A stretch of DNA of 64,000 bases, from assembly GCF_009914755.1 (NCBI RefSeq), contig NC_060934.1; one strand, written 5' to 3'. Under the pieces are notes generated by a model. The model was not told where the DNA came from. It made no database searches and worked only from the letters and a program-made list of their open reading frames with translations. Each line of letters opens with the position of its first letter. Position 1 is the stretch's first letter. The stretch is from the human T2T-CHM13v2.0 reference genome, Homo sapiens. Shown in pieces: positions 27,901 to 42,925 of the stretch. The position numbers and the translations under genes were made by a program.

Positions 27901-29132
27901 AGTTATCAAGGAGCCCACATATTGAAAATGTTTGAATGCAGTTAGAATTGATGGATGGGGAGAAGCTGCCTCTAACTCAGCAATCGGTATTAGGAGATCT
28001 GCTTCCGCCAGCCTGTGTCTGAGGAGGGCCCTGCAAGAGCATGAGGGATGGATGGTGAATGGGGAACATTTATTTACCAGAAATATTTTCAAGACTTTTG
28101 AAGATTCTAGGGCCATAGTTTGGGGAAGGATATTATTGCAGGAAGAAGAGAACTAGAATTTATTGCATCCTCAATTATTAGAGATATCAACACAAATATG
28201 TTAAGATAGACAGCAGGGTGTGACCTCATTGGAGGCAGAGTAATGGTTGTTCACAGGGCATGATTTGAAGAATGCCAAAAAAGATCCCCATCCAAAGTTA
28301 TCTCTGTTGGGTTCCATGATGCCTACATATCTACCATGTGAGATTCATACTCTGATAGCCCTGTGTTAACTCAGCTCAGACACTAAATAACTAAATAGTC
28401 TTGGACAATGTACCAATTTTGCATTTTACAATTAAAAAGCCAGAGCCTTTGAGGGGCCAGAGCTGGTGCCTGATTCATGAAGTTATCCTGATATCTAAGG
28501 AGATGATACATGGAAGGGCCAAGTAATCTGCTCCATGGTAAGCACTATGAAATGGTAAGTGCCATATGGTATCTGTAAATTAGGATGTAACCAATATAAA
28601 GTATTCTGTGGCCTATGCAATCCCACCTAATCCTTCAACAACCCTGTGTTCTCACTGCCTGAGTCTTTTCAGGTAACCTCTCTGAAACTCTTTCCTTAAG
28701 TCATATATGCCTGGCATCCCACAGCAAGTAAAAGTGACTTGCCCAGGATGCAATCTGGGTCTCCCACTTCAGTTCCCACTAAGATGAAGGTGGTGGTGGA
28801 AAGGAAAGAGGCTTGTATATCTCAGCTTCTGCTCCTTCAGGGCAAGCAGAAATGGACCCACAGAGGTCCTCCTGGATACATGGTGGAGGGGGTGTTGGAG
28901 GGGTCCTCCACTGGCCAAGGGAGAGGTTTAGTCTGGGAACTGGAGTGGATAAACCATCACAGTTTTGCAAGATCACTAGAGTCTGGCTGGATAGGCAGTA
29001 TCATGATAGTCTTAGCAAAGTCTGATTACAGGCAGAAATCATAAGTTCCACCGGTCAGGAACTCTAAGCCAAACTTAACTGAAGCCATATGATTGGAGCA
29101 AGCTAAGGGGCTGCAAAGTGATGCAAATGTCC

Positions 29133-29447
29133 ATTTTATTTTATATTATATTTTATTTATTTTTTAGAGACAGGGTATTGCTCTGTTGCCCAGGCTGGAG
29201 TACAGTGGCTCAATCAGAGGTAATTGCAGCCTTGAACTCCCAGGCTGAAGCGATCCTCCTGTCTTAACTTCCTGGGTAGCTGGGACTATAGGCATGCCAC
29301 CACAGCTGGCTAATTTTCTTTTGGTTTTTGTAGAGATAGGTTCTTGCTATGTTGCCCAGGCTGGTCATGAACTCCCAACCTCAAGTGATCTGCTCACCTT
29401 GGCCCCCAAAGTGCTGAGATTACAGGCATGAGCCACCGCGCCCTACC
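29133..29447 (-). mobile_element. AluJ element
   Basis: AT-rich tail and antisense body; TSD-like caaatgtccatttta / caaatgtctatttta. Confidence 0.9.
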
Positions 29448-32400
29448 CCAAATGTCTATTTTAGACATGTCATGTACAGCTCAGGACTTCCTCACCAGCC
29501 TGGAATCTAGAAGATAATAAGAATCTTAATGATCCATTTACAATGGGGAATATTTAGGAAAGTTCAGCTATGAGAGTAGCTAAATCTCTCCCCATCTGTG
29601 GATGTGGATCTGAACTTTCTTAGACCATCAGCGATTGTCCTGACCAATTTCTATAGGGCCTGACCACTCAATTTGTGAAGATGACCAATAGTCCTCAATC
29701 AATAACCATTTCTGATCTGATGAAGTTTTTGGTTTTAAATGCTAGGTCTGGATCTGTAAACAAATATTTCTTGGGCAAAGGTAACATAAAATAGATATAA
29801 GCTGACAGGTCATGGCTTAGAATAAAAGATCCACCTCAGAAACACAAGGAAGCATCTTCAATGCCAAAATAGTATCCAACGGCACTTTCTGGAGAGGAAT
29901 TATTCATCCAGTGTGAGCAAGTAGTGCCTGGTGCTGGGTCAGGGCTCCATAAATATGGGCTGGTTTAACTGAAAAGGGCAGTGCGGTGGGTCACGGCATT
30001 GGAGGGGTAAGAATGACTTCATGAGAAGAAGTTTGATGATTATGAACACCATTGAGGGTCACCATAAATTCGCCAGTTGCTTATTTCATGTGCATATCTT
30101 CACTAAATATACATGGGTGTGCTTCTCCTGCCATTTAAGCATCGCTGCCTCCAGAATGAAATCCCACAAATTCTTCTCAATCCTTCTACTCTCTTCTCAG
30201 TGATGGGCCAGGAAAGCCTGCATGCCCAAGTTGAGCCAGAACTTCAGTTTCAGAGCTCAATTCCACAGGTACACAGGACAACCTAGGGGAAGTGACTTAA
30301 GGCAGAAGGCAGAAGAGGACAGGAGGGCAGTGACTGAGGCATCAAGAGAGCCACTGAAGATGACTTTTAGGTCTATGACAAGGAAAATCTACATACTTTT
30401 CCCAAGCCTCAGATACTGGTTGTTAGAGCCAGTAGCCTTTGAAAAGGGAAACTGTGACCATGGAATAGTCACCATTGGGCCCCCTCCCACGTTCTTAAGT
30501 TTATCTCAGCATCTGAATGAATAGCCCTTGGCAATTGTTTAATCTAGCACCTTTCTTCTCTTTGATGTGGAAACAGGTTGCAAGATGAGTGCCAGATCCA
30601 GAGCACAACACCTCCCTCAGTTTCATGCCTTCTGATGAAAGAAAGCAGCTGGTGCCAGGGAGGATAACCTAAGCTGGGAATTGGGAGACTGGGGGGCGAG
30701 TTCTCAGTGACCTGGGGCCAGTCACTAAAATGAAGAGGCCCAGGCTGACTGGGCTGCACCCACCAGACACTGATGAATCCTCACACAGGGCTCCAGTTCT
30801 CTGTCCGACCTTAGTTCACACCTCCATCATACCTTATCTAGACATCTGCAATCGCTTCCTAACTGATTTCCCTATTTACTGTCCCCACTGCCCCCAACCA
30901 TTCCCACACTCCCTCAAAAAAGCCAAAGAGAAGGGATGGCAGCAAATCCTACTGCGATCAGGTTCTGCGAGGGCGGGGAGGCCTTAGATCTTTCTTTAGC
31001 AGAGCCTCGCTCTAGGAAGACAATGTAAAATGCACAGCTCTGGGCTGTTTATTTTTAAAGATACTATATCCATTTTTACTGGAACGAGTATAAAGAACTT
31101 AAAAAACCCAGAGCTATCTTGTCACAATAAATCAGACAGAGTAAATTGAAAATCCTATACAGCTTTGCCTGAATACATTGTGCTCACTTTGTCAAAGAGG
31201 TAGATGAAATGTGGCACATATTGATCTAGATGTCTCTGTAAAACTATAATATTTATATCAAATACATATGCTAGACTCTCTGTCTTTCTGCTGAGCCTTC
31301 TAATTGTGTTTTCCTCGTCCTGCTCCTCCCAAAATGCATCTCACCATTGGTAGCCCCTGACATGATGGGAATGAATTTTAAGAAGTACTTCTCAAGAGAA
31401 CCAGCAGCACTGTATCATACAGGAAGCAGGGCGTGGGGGGTTAGAGACCCAACGACCTAAACCACACAGTGGTCAGCACCAAAGCTTCACGTTTGCCCCC
31501 CTAGGTTGACCTTGAACCCTTGGTGTCTGCATCACCACCTCTCCATGACACTCCTGCAAGCTGGCCTTTCCTTTCCTTCTCACCTGGTAGTGCTTTTCTT
31601 GGCTACTTAGTCTTAATGCAGGTTTCCCTGATTTGGGGCATGTCCTTCAGGGTTACTGTTTCCCAGCGCTTCCCTTGAGGCTCAATCCCCCACTGCCAAA
31701 AAATAAGACTAATCCAACTCCCACCTTCCCACTTCCTCCTTTACTCAATGTCTCAAAGAGACTGACTTCAGTAAAGATAGGGGAGACATCATGGGCAAAT
31801 GAAGCCTAACTCCAGGCTGTGCTGCCTCATCCCTCCACCCTACCCCAGGACCTGGCTTGGAACCCCCAAAACTTGCTGGGCTTTCAGGAACTATTTGTTA
31901 ACTGATGGATTGGTTGACAAAGTATGCATCTTGGAGACTCTATCCCATGGTAAGTGCAGAAAAAAGTTAACAGGTAGTTCACTGCAAGCCTTTTAGACCA
32001 TAGGCTTATTCCACCACCCTGAATCTACTAGCATATTTCAAGTTTGTAAGGGATCTGTACACATAAAGAAAAATAAAAACAAAGCAAATGAGAGTGTGTA
32101 TCAGTCCCACAACCCCAAACCCTGACTATCACCATTTCCTGTTAAAATAATTTTTTTTAAAAAAAGGAGGTTCAGCAATAAGATAATTTCCTATCCATGG
32201 ACACATCTAGTACTTTGCTAATCACAAAGGAAGGAAATGCATTCTCCCTCCTAGTGAGGAAGTGAATAAAGTAATCTTCTTCTCCAGCTGTCAATGGAGC
32301 TGTTCTGGATGTGGCAGGCTGTGCTGCTGTTTCCCTAAATGGGGCAGAAGTCTGAGCAAATAGATCCCAACAGTGCAGCAAAGGCACCTCTAAAGCAGAG

Positions 32401-32649
32401 CCCCAAGGTCAGAGGACAGACAACTGGCAGCCCCAGTGGGGAATACCGGGATGTCCCACCTGGGCCAAAACTTTGCATCTTATCGCATGCAGACAGTCAG
32501 AACCTCAGCTACCCTAGAGGGATCTGTGTCTACACCTCCACCATCCCAAATCACAGTTAGACCTCCATAATTAGACCGTGGTGAGAAATGATCACACATA
32601 TTTTGTAGCTTGTAGCCTACATGGAGCCTCAGTCCAAGTCTTTAAATTC

Positions 32650-33110
32650 TGAGAAACTCAGTGCCGGGGACATTGGTAGATTTTGCCTGTCCTGCATACA
32701 CCCTCTCTTCTGTGGACAGCACCTCATTTTAATTTGGGGAATTGCTCCTCCCCAAATTAAATACAGTCTCCCAATTATATACAGTCTTGGGACCTTTAGT
32801 GAAGGTTTTCTGCCCAAGTGAGGCCAATGGGTACTCTTAAATCTTGGATGGGCTGATGCTAATCACAGTGGGAGTTGATTCAACCTGATGACAAAACCCT
32901 GTAATGACTACTCCCGAGTTTCCACTTCCTCAGTGTCAGAGCTGCATCTCTGGTTCTTTTCTGTCCTTTCTGGGATCTTGCTCTTCAGTTTTTCATTGGA
33001 ATCTCTAAGGTACCCTAACCTTTAAAAAAAAAAAACAAAAAACTTTTCTTCTTAAGTCAGCAAAAAAATAAGTTTCTGTTGCCTGCAACCAGAGAATCCT
33101 AACTGGTAGA
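32650..33110 (+). mobile_element. Old MaLR (MLT1-type) LTR remnant
   Basis: 3' end gtttctgttgcctgcaaccagagaatcctaactg resembles MLT1 termini. Confidence 0.55.
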
Positions 33111-33927
33111 CTTGTTTACCTTTACTTTGGTTTCTCACCTAATTCTCACTGTTACCTAGTATGCAAGTATTACCACCATTTAGGTTTCTTTCTCTCTCCT
33201 TTCCTTTCTTTCCTTCCTTCCTCTCTGGAAGGGGAATTCTGCAGCTTTCTTCAGTAAGCAATTCCACAGTTGCTGAACCCTCACAAACTGCACTGATTCC
33301 TCCTATGCCTCCCTCCCCAACACCCTCACCCCTCTGCATCTTATTCATCCCATTACTTTGGGCTTGGTGGCCTTTGGCCATTTTAAAATAAGCAAGTCTT
33401 CCCTTGACCTGAATCTCCCAATGCTAGATGGTTCTCTGCTCTTACAGAGAAATCAGGGAGCTGAATGGCACTTTCCTTTTTTCAGATCAAAGCAGATTTG
33501 CCCGATTTCATTTTTAATGCTGCTTCTGTACAAGCAGAGACTGAGAGAAGACTAAGGCAGGCAAAGGTCAGCCTCACTCTTCAGGGATGAAGGTGGAATA
33601 GAGGGAGAATGAGTCCAAGCAAAGAAATGGCTCTGAATTTTGCCCAGGAGAGGGTTTTGATTTACAAAGCGAGCCCCACCTCCCTCCCTAACACCCCTGG
33701 TGAATCATGTATCATGGTCCTTGAGCACATACTGTTGGGACTGACCCTCCCATAATGACAACCAACTTGACATATCTTTGCCTTGTTCTCCAGCCACACC
33801 CAACGGTGTTGCCACAGCTAGCATAAGCTGCTAGCCATTCACTCTGTAGACTCAACATACTTGCATAGGCCCCAGCAGACCTCCAGCATCTGTTAGTCAC
33901 ACAGGGACTGGAAGGAGCTACAGGTTA

Positions 33928-34335
<408 letters not shown>

Positions 34336-37300
34336 TTAGGTGAACAAGGCAATCTGCTATTACCTATGCTCTCCACTGTTCAATGGGTATGTTCAACAAC
34401 GTGAATTATCAAATGCTTTTGGGAGGCTTCCCTCTAATGTCTCTTGCTTTCATGATTATTGTACACTTCCATGATTTCAATGAATAAAATTCCTGAAAAA
34501 AGAGCATTTCACTGGGAAGACGCTCCTGCATACTCAAGCTTCTGTTTCACTGCCACTGTTTCCTTGGGTGGTACTGATTGGTCAGAATCTCAGATAAGCT
34601 CCAGGAGAGCAAGAACCACATTTTACCCACAGCACATGGTGGGGATTCAAATTATTGTTTGTTGAGCCAATATGTTAGAATGGGAGTTTTCCTAAGGCTG
34701 TTCTATACACTAGCTGACATTTGCCTTTGGAGTCAATGGCTAAGGTCATATAAGCTCCCACTGAGATGGGCACATATCTATCTCTGAACTGCCCCCATGT
34801 CCTCTTGTTAGAAAGGTACAAGGAGGGGAGATAGATTACTTTTCCAGCAACTGGTACCCATATTTGGAACAGTCCCTGTGGTTCTGGGGGTGACAGCAGG
34901 CCATTGTGATGCAACACCAGTACTGGCTGTGGAGACTGGAACCCTTGGGACAAGAGAATCAGATTTCCACAACTCTCACAATGTATTGACCTCTATAATG
35001 TTTTAATAAAAAGAGACACTGGACTTGGCCAGTTAGAAAGTTTCCTGGTTTAGTTTCATAGTATGATGACAGCAGCATGGAAGGAACCCCAAAGCTACCA
35101 GGAACCATTTTGCACAGCTCTGGAAAGAAGTCCAGCAGAGTGAATGACATGGTACGAAGACAGAAAACAGGGGGCAACCTAGTCTGGATGGCTGCAATTG
35201 TTCCTGAGATTCTGAATCTACCCGGCAAGGATTCACCCAATCAAAGGAGCCATTGATCAGAATCTTCAGCAATTATAATTTGAGAAATCATATTCGAATT
35301 ATTTTTTAATGGAAGAAAGAATATTTGAGAGTGAAAATCTAGGCTTGAATACGACTTTTTTTTTAAGGTACACAGTTCATCTCCCACCTACATTTCTATT
35401 CTTGTTTTCAGAACAATAGCTGGAACATTTTGCTAAGTGTGTGGAAGGGAAGAGTGACAGCAGGAAAGGAGGGGAGCTTCATTCTATCAGTATTATCAGG
35501 AAATTGATTTAATATGCTTCCAAGTCTCTTTAAATAGAGCTTCAAGTTTGAAAGGGACTGAAGATATGGCTTAGAGGAATCCAAAACAGATGCCAAGAAA
35601 GAAGTGCCCATGTCCCACGCCCGCCAAGACCCCTCTCATCAGGAAGGGATACCTAGCACATCACATCAGAAGACATGGCATCTAATGACAAGCGCTTTGG
35701 GTATCTACCCCTCAGCACCACGTTTCAGAAGTAGTCAAGAGGTCATTTTTCCAAAGTATTAGGGCAAGCTCATTTTTTGTTTTCCCTGTTCCCAAGAAGT
35801 TTAATGCTAATCAAAGCAGAATGCCTAATCAGTCCAAGATGTTCTGTCAACTTGAATTATCTATTTGTCTTCTTATTTACTGTATCTGTCTGTCTACAGT
35901 TCTTCATATCTTTGTAAAGATCGGTTATTGGGGCCTGTGTTTCCTTCTGACTAGAATCGCTACCAGATGATCCTTCCTGGTGATATGTTGATGATTTGCT
36001 AATTTATGGCTTTTAAAATCTAGGAATCCAAAGACATTGCTGAGGGGTTCAGGCTGGGGAAGTCACGTGGCTCATGCAATGAGGGCTGAATGGCTACTTG
36101 ATGAGGGATCTAAGTCTGTGTAGGATGCAAAGCTTCAGTCACATTTCGACCAGAGCCATGTCTGCAATAGAGAAATCGTAAATGACATTTTATAGGAAAC
36201 ACCCCTCATGAGAGCAGTCCGCCCCTTGCAGGCGAGGAAAAGTGAGAATAGCTGTTGCCCAAGACACAAGTAAACATGGAAAGAAAAGGCCTGTGGATCG
36301 GCCCAAGTCAGTATAACATGAAATCATCTCAAATCTGATTCCCAAGTGCTAGAGGCCATGCCTTCCCAGAAAGAGTCGAGAGGGAAATGGTGTTGTAGCA
36401 AGACTCTCTCAGAACCAAGAGAAGAGGTTTCAATAAGCCCTGATATTGGACTTCCCAACCACTTAGGTGGCCAAATAGTACGATGTGTAGCTCAGAAAAG
36501 CTGTGGTATAGTTGGAGATTTTTATGGATGTGTAGAAATGCATCTGTCCCCAGTGCCTGGTAGCAAGCCCTCAGTAAACACATGTGGAATGGATGGACAT
36601 GAAGGCGTGACTCATGTTAATTCCTTTAAGGTAGGGTAGGCTATGGGGCCATAGATTAAATGAGTCTTTGTAAATAAATGATCCATGCTCTGGCACACTA
36701 GACAATTTAAAATTCCAAATCCTTTAGAAATCAGTCTAGAACCCTGGTGGTCAAGACATGAGTGTGGTGGAGGAAATGGAGTGGAATTCCACGTTGATAC
36801 AAGACAGCCAGGCAGGAGGGAATAGTGTGCGCTCTCAGGAAGGAACAAAGGTTCTGAGTGAGAAGGAGAGTCCAAATTCTGATATAAGGAAAGACACAGA
36901 GTTTAAAAATAACCCAATAATCAGGAAGCAGGGAAGATACGCAGGATGCCATCTCCCGATAAGTCAAGCAAGCACTGCTCAGGCAGGTTGGGGTCTGAGC
37001 GAGCAATCAGTTTTTAAGACTTCCTCTAGTGGAGGTAGAACTGAAGACCTATGTTTGCAAGTGGGGCTTGCATAACCTGGATTTTAAAAGCAAGAGTGTT
37101 AGCTCCCCCAGCTTAGTGGGTAATGCAAGCTGGGTCAAGGTCATTGAACAAGCGTTAGTTAGCATCTCCTCCTCTGAGGTGTCGCTTCCTTGGACTACTT
37201 TATCCAGTGTAACTAATCCCTGTTTTTCTCAGTTGCAGAATCTTAGTCTTTTCTGGTTTTGCAGCACACATTAAAAATGTGTAATTGGCATTTGCTTTAG

Positions 37301-38469
37301 TTGTACCCTTGCTCAGTGCTTGCAACCTCCTTGAGACTGTAAACTCCAGGAGGACAGGTTCCGAGGGTAGTTTGTTCGCCAATGAACCCTGAGCACCCAA
37401 CAAAACCCAGCATCATGCCTGATGCATAACACAGAGAATGCCTGCCTGCCGAGTGAGTGAATGAACCGATGGAGAGGGGCCACAGGAATGGACAGTGAGG
37501 CAGGTCACTAACTGTGCTGGGCTGTTTTTAGTTCTTGAATTTTGTTCTCAACTATTGAATACTCAATTATTTCTTCTAAAGTATGGAATCCTCTTTAAAA
37601 TATGAGCATTTACAATAAAGAAGATAATTAAGTACTCTAGTTTCATATTTAAATAGAAAAGCATGACAAACTGTCCCCATCTCTCTGAATGTAAGGCTCT
37701 TTCCAATGTGGAGACCACATCCGAGGTTGAAGGCAGACAGCCCTAACTCCCTCCAGCGGGATACAGGCTCCTGAGGGTGAATATTCCAAGTCAAAGCTAT
37801 GAAACAAACACACAGAATGCACCCTGCAGAACTGGTCACGTGGGGCTCTACTGTGCCTTTCACTGATAAGGAAGAAACCACCTCCAGATACTGCTCTGTG
37901 CTGTGCGGCAGACTAACTAAGGAGTGAAAGGGAACAGGTGGTTCCATCTGCAAGGGTATAGAAGGCTCTGCAGGTGAGATCTGCCCAGCAGGGAAGTCCA
38001 AGTTTAGCAGATCACTACAATTCTCCATGGAACTACCTTTAAAGGATGGAGCCAGGAAGGGGAAGAAAATGTTGAAATCCACAAAAAAGGCACAATTCTC
38101 ACTTTAGGTGTGGTTCATCTGTCTGTCCTTGAGAGCCTTTCATTGCTAGAAGTGTTCAAGAGGGAATTAGAATTCTAGTCTAACCAAATGGGAAAAATAA
38201 AGGAAGGAATGGTTTTGTCCCCTCTCCATCTTTTTCCCCTCAATCCTGGGGCCAGGACCCTTAGGGGTAGTGGGTGGGCAGGAGGGGAGAGGAGACAGCC
38301 CCAAAGTGAAGCTCATGCCTTTCTCTTCCTCTCCATCATGAGCACGGTACTCTGGCTCCCCTTATACGGAAAGGTGGAGGAAGATACAAACAATAGGAGA
38401 TCACTGAGTTTAGAGCAGAATGGAGTCTCAAGAGATGACATGGAGAGGCAGCAGGACGCAGGGAAGCAG

Positions 38470-38640
38470 GCTGTCCAGGTTCAAACCCCAGCCCAACTCT
38501 TTACTAGCTGCGTGATGTCAGGCAAGTTACTTAACCTCCCTGTTCCTCAGTTTCTTCACTCATTCCAAATGGAGATGATGGTAATACCTTTCTCACAGGA
38601 TCAATGTGAGGATTCTGAAATATGCAAATATTTGTAGGTA
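38470..38640 (+). mobile_element. MIR SINE remnant
   Basis: Motif ggttcaaacccca...ggcaagttacttaacctccctgttcctcagtttc. Confidence 0.78.
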
Positions 38641-41600
38641 TTACTATTGCCAGAGAAGGCAGTCCTGGGGCTTTAGGCTGCACTGATTCACATTCTCATT
38701 TCAGGAAGTGTGTGGCACTCCTGTCTCTATAGGCAAATGTTCCAAGAGAAGCCACAGCATTTAAGTTTCACAGGCAGCTTTCTTGAATTGGAGCAAGAGA
38801 CGGGTTAGTCCATGACAACTATTCCCCAAACCAGAATGGCGGCTCAGCAGCTTCATCCTGAGGACCTTCCTTCAAGTTAATTACACTCACTTTCCTCTCC
38901 CACCTTGGCTACATCTAGTCTTTCATGACTCATTCCCCTCTCGTGTGCCCTGTCAGCATTTGGCTACCAGGAATCAGTAGAATAATCCAAACCCATCCCA
39001 TTCTCTCTGTCCCAAACACCTGGGCCTAGGATTGCCTCAAACTTGAGTCACTCAAGTCCCAACATGGGAAACACAAGGTCTGGGTGGCTCCCGGCTGGAC
39101 TCCCTCTAACAAGGGGGTTACAGCAGATGGATTCCTCTCTGTGACTGATTATTTTCCATGGCCCTTGGCCATGTGACCTTGGACCACGATCTTGTCAGTT
39201 CTCATAAACTAACCAGGAGTGGAATGAATCACACTCAGGGAGGAGACCTCTGGGGGAAACTGCAAGGGGCTGTGAGAGGGAGGAGAGAGCTGGGGATCCC
39301 AAAGGCCATGGGAGCGTCACCAGCCCTCAGGCCTTCCCTGTCTCTAAGCAGCTTTGACCTTACACAAAGGAAAGGAGGAGGAGGCAGTGGCCTTGGGAGG
39401 CAGGCTGGGCTGCAGGAGGGCTCCCTTATGAATAAGATTTAGGGTATCAGCCCAAGAGCCCAGAGAGCTCTAATCCCTCCAACTCAGAGAGATTACCTGC
39501 CTCAGCTACTCACTGAACCCTTGGTTGTGGACACCCAAACCCCTATTCTTAGATGCTCCAATCCATCATAACATACATGAAATAGCCAACACACACGCAC
39601 ATGTGCACAATTACCCATACCTACTGCAGGGACTGGGTATCCTTCAGGAGGTGATGAAAATGTTGGGTAAGGCACTCTAGGCCCTTGAAATAGTGTTGAT
39701 GGTGAAGAGGCTTTGAGAATGCTACTTGAAATGTTTATATTATGCCAAACACATTGATTAAAACTGAAAATGAAATGCCAATGAAATCTTCATATTCTCA
39801 AATATCCTGAATTTGGGTGTTGTACAAACAAAACCCTGATCTTCTCTGCCTAAATTTTGTACTTTAAATAATCTTTGAATTTCAAAGTTTTATGTCTCTG
39901 TAGCTTTAGATCATGAGTTACCTTGAGTTCTCTGACAAGTTAATATATTGTTAGAGAAATCATTTCTGAATAAAATATGCACAAGTAAACAAATCCCTTA
40001 ACTATGTATACATTCTAATTTCTTTCTGGGCATTTATTTGATTGGGTCCTGGGGAGCAGAGAACATGTATGTGTGTGTCCATGGGCAGAGCACATGGACT
40101 TATGCATACACAAAAACTCAGAGCACAGCACACTGTTTTAAGAGTCTGAACTTTATCTTTCAACAAAGTTTAGCTGCTTTCCTTTTGCAAATGCATTTAA
40201 TTTTATCTGGAAACTTTTTGACGTTAGAAATAGAACAACTGTAGTTTCTCATTATGTTTGCTGCCAGAATCCATGCTTGGTTGCTCAACTAAAGACCTTA
40301 TATTGCTAATTACTACCACATGCCCATATCCCAAGCGAAAGAAAACTTATTGATTCTGACAGCCCATTCTCTCAACACTGAATTCCAAATGAAAACTCAA
40401 AATTTGGCCAAACATAACATTTCATCAATCTTGTTTTACTGACTGGAAAAACAACATCAAACAAAGGGTGCTAATGGCCCTTTATTACCGTGCCTTTCCC
40501 AAGCTTATATTTTCTGATGAAAGATCTAAGTGACCAAAGGCCTTCTTTAAACTACTTAGTAATTAGCTTTTGAACCAGGAAACAATGCATAAAGTAGTGA
40601 ACAGGCCCGGTGCTGATGACAGGACGGACTCTGTGTCTGCAGGGTCAGGAACAGTGGGGACCCAAAAAGAACATTAAAAGCAAAGTGCATTTTCATAAAC
40701 GGAGAAGAAAAAAAAGAGAAAGAGAGAGAGAGAGAGAAAACCAGGCTAAAAGCGGTGATAAAAGATTACAGAGCCAGAACAGAGTGGCAGGAAGTCTGTG
40801 ATCTGAAGTCATCAGCACCTGAAAGTTTGAGTGGAACTGCCAGGGTGAAAGATGACCGGATCGGACTGGGGGCAGTGAGTGAGTGCCGGGCTGAGAGCCC
40901 CATCTGGGTCAGCTGGCACCAAAAGCTGCCGGCCTCCAGCCCACCCACCAGCTCACCCACATTTGACTAGGAAAATTATTTCATTAAAAAAAAAAAAATC
41001 ACCTGGAATGAAAGTCAAGAAATATTTTCAACTTAGCCTTCAGGGCAATTGATTTTATTGACTTCTTGGGGCAGTGATTGGGAAATGCTGGCGGAGACGT
41101 CAGAAGATAGGGAGGCCATAAAGAGAGCCCCAGGCCCTCAGAATGCCTTCTGCTTTATGGAGACCTGTCCACACCTTCAAGGCAAAATGAATTGAGATGC
41201 TGTTTTCCTCTTGGCATGGGATACATGACCACTGGGAATCTTTGGACTTATTTGGCCTTTTGGATCCAACCAATGGCCCAGAAATCAGAACAGCTTGGTT
41301 CTAACCTCATCCAGGGCTGTTAAGATAATATTGAGGGGAGGGCTCCATTAGAGGGAAGATGGAGGGATGTGCTGCCTCCCGGAAAAGACGCCAACTGGCC
41401 TCCTCTGGCCCACTGTCCTTTGTGCCTTTGAAAGGAAACGGGTGTCCTGTGGGTAGTTCAAGAAAATGAGCCCTTTTGTCCACCTCCTCATTTCCTGTGC
41501 AGAGGCCTGGACACCTGAGCTCAGGAAGCACTGGACTCACTGACCAAAGGGGAGGGTCCACTCTGTCCCACACGGCTGACTGTCAAAAAGAGAAGGCAGC

Positions 41601-41739
41601 AGTGGAGGGAAATACAATGCTCCCAGTCTGATTTTATTTCCTCTTAAAAAAACAAAAGAAGCTCTTTAAGAGTTCATTTGAAACAGAACGAGAAGGGAAA
41701 ACAAAACAAAACAAAACAGTTCCATGATAGGAACGTCCA

Positions 41740-41895
41740 TGACTGGGAAGAGGCATGAGTGATGAAAGTTTTCTGTGTCCTGATCCGGATGGTAGGATGA
41801 TAGTGACTGGGTGTGTACATAGGTACAAGTTCCTCACTTTATATGTTAAAGATGTGTACATTTAACTCTATGTAAGTTATACCTCAAAACCAAAA
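41740..41895 (+). mobile_element. Old L1 (L1M) 3' end fragment
   Basis: Motif tgtacatttaactctatgtaagttatacctcaa followed by A-rich sequence. Confidence 0.6.
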
Positions 41896-42733
41896 ACAAA
41901 CAAAGGTGACTACTCCAGAAAAAGCTTTAAAAAAATAAATAAAGGATGGCTGCTGCCAGCCCCCTCTCCCCCATGGCATTCTCCTCTTGAGGTTGTAAGG
42001 TACTGCCCTCTACTTAGGAAAAAACCTTGGGGTCTCTATTGAACCTGCACATTGATATCGAGAGTGATAAAGTGATCTGAGCACACACTAAAATAGTTCC
42101 CGAGAAGAAAGCATTCACATTTGGGAAGCCAAACAAAAGATTTGGCAGGAATAGCATGTAGTACCCTAAACTACCAGAAATATACTATTTCTTGCCCGGA
42201 AGGAATTTCAGCTGAGTAATGAGTCCCTTTGAGGATAAGATCGGTGCCTCCTGGATGAAGAGGAGAACTGGGTTCCCAGTGGCCGCAGTGCCTTTGCAGT
42301 AGGCCAGATGACCTGGATCTGCCACCCAAGGACTTCTCTGCCAGAGTCTTATCCTGTGTTCTTGCTACACACAAACCACCATAGGAGGGCATCATACTAG
42401 TTTGAGGGACCAGAATTTTATCACATAGCCAGATGATGGAAGAATGAACGAGTTTTGTTTACTTGTTAGGGGTCAGAAGAGAAAATATGGGCCCAGTTAT
42501 AAATGGACTCCTTTCAGGATAAATTCATTACATCTCTTGGAATTTGTGAATGGGAGTTGGTCCAAGCGTGGCAACGTCCTCGGGTCACCTCTGACATCAC
42601 ACCCCATGCAGAAACTGGGCCTTCCCTCACAGAAGCACCTGGTGGGGTTGGGGAGGGGCAGAATTCAGATGGCACCTCCACAGGGACTCCTGAAAGTCAC
42701 TCAACCACATCTTTTCTGATGCAACTGACTTAC

Positions 42734-42825
42734 TTTCTGCCTCCATGTTTGTTAAAAGTCCCGCCGAATTTATTCCGACTCAGGATGAGAGCAGCAATTT
42801 CGGGCACGTAGCGGGCAAACATTGC
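42734..42825 (-). CDS. KCNMA1: KCNMA1 alternative exon 9 (e9alt/9a, 92 nt), mutually exclusive paralog of exon 9
   Basis: catgtag|GCA ATG TTT GCC CGC TAC GTG CCC GAA...GGC AGA AA|gtaagt, reading AMFARYVPEIAALILSRNKFGGTFNKHGGR(K); same length and phases as exon 9, consensus donor, open frame. Confidence 0.93.
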
Positions 42826-42925
42826 CTACATGCATGAAACAAAGAAACAAGAGCCAAAAAAAAAAAATGGCATGCAGAGAGGATTCTACCGCAGCAGAGG
42901 CAGCAAAACCTCTTGGCATACTTAC

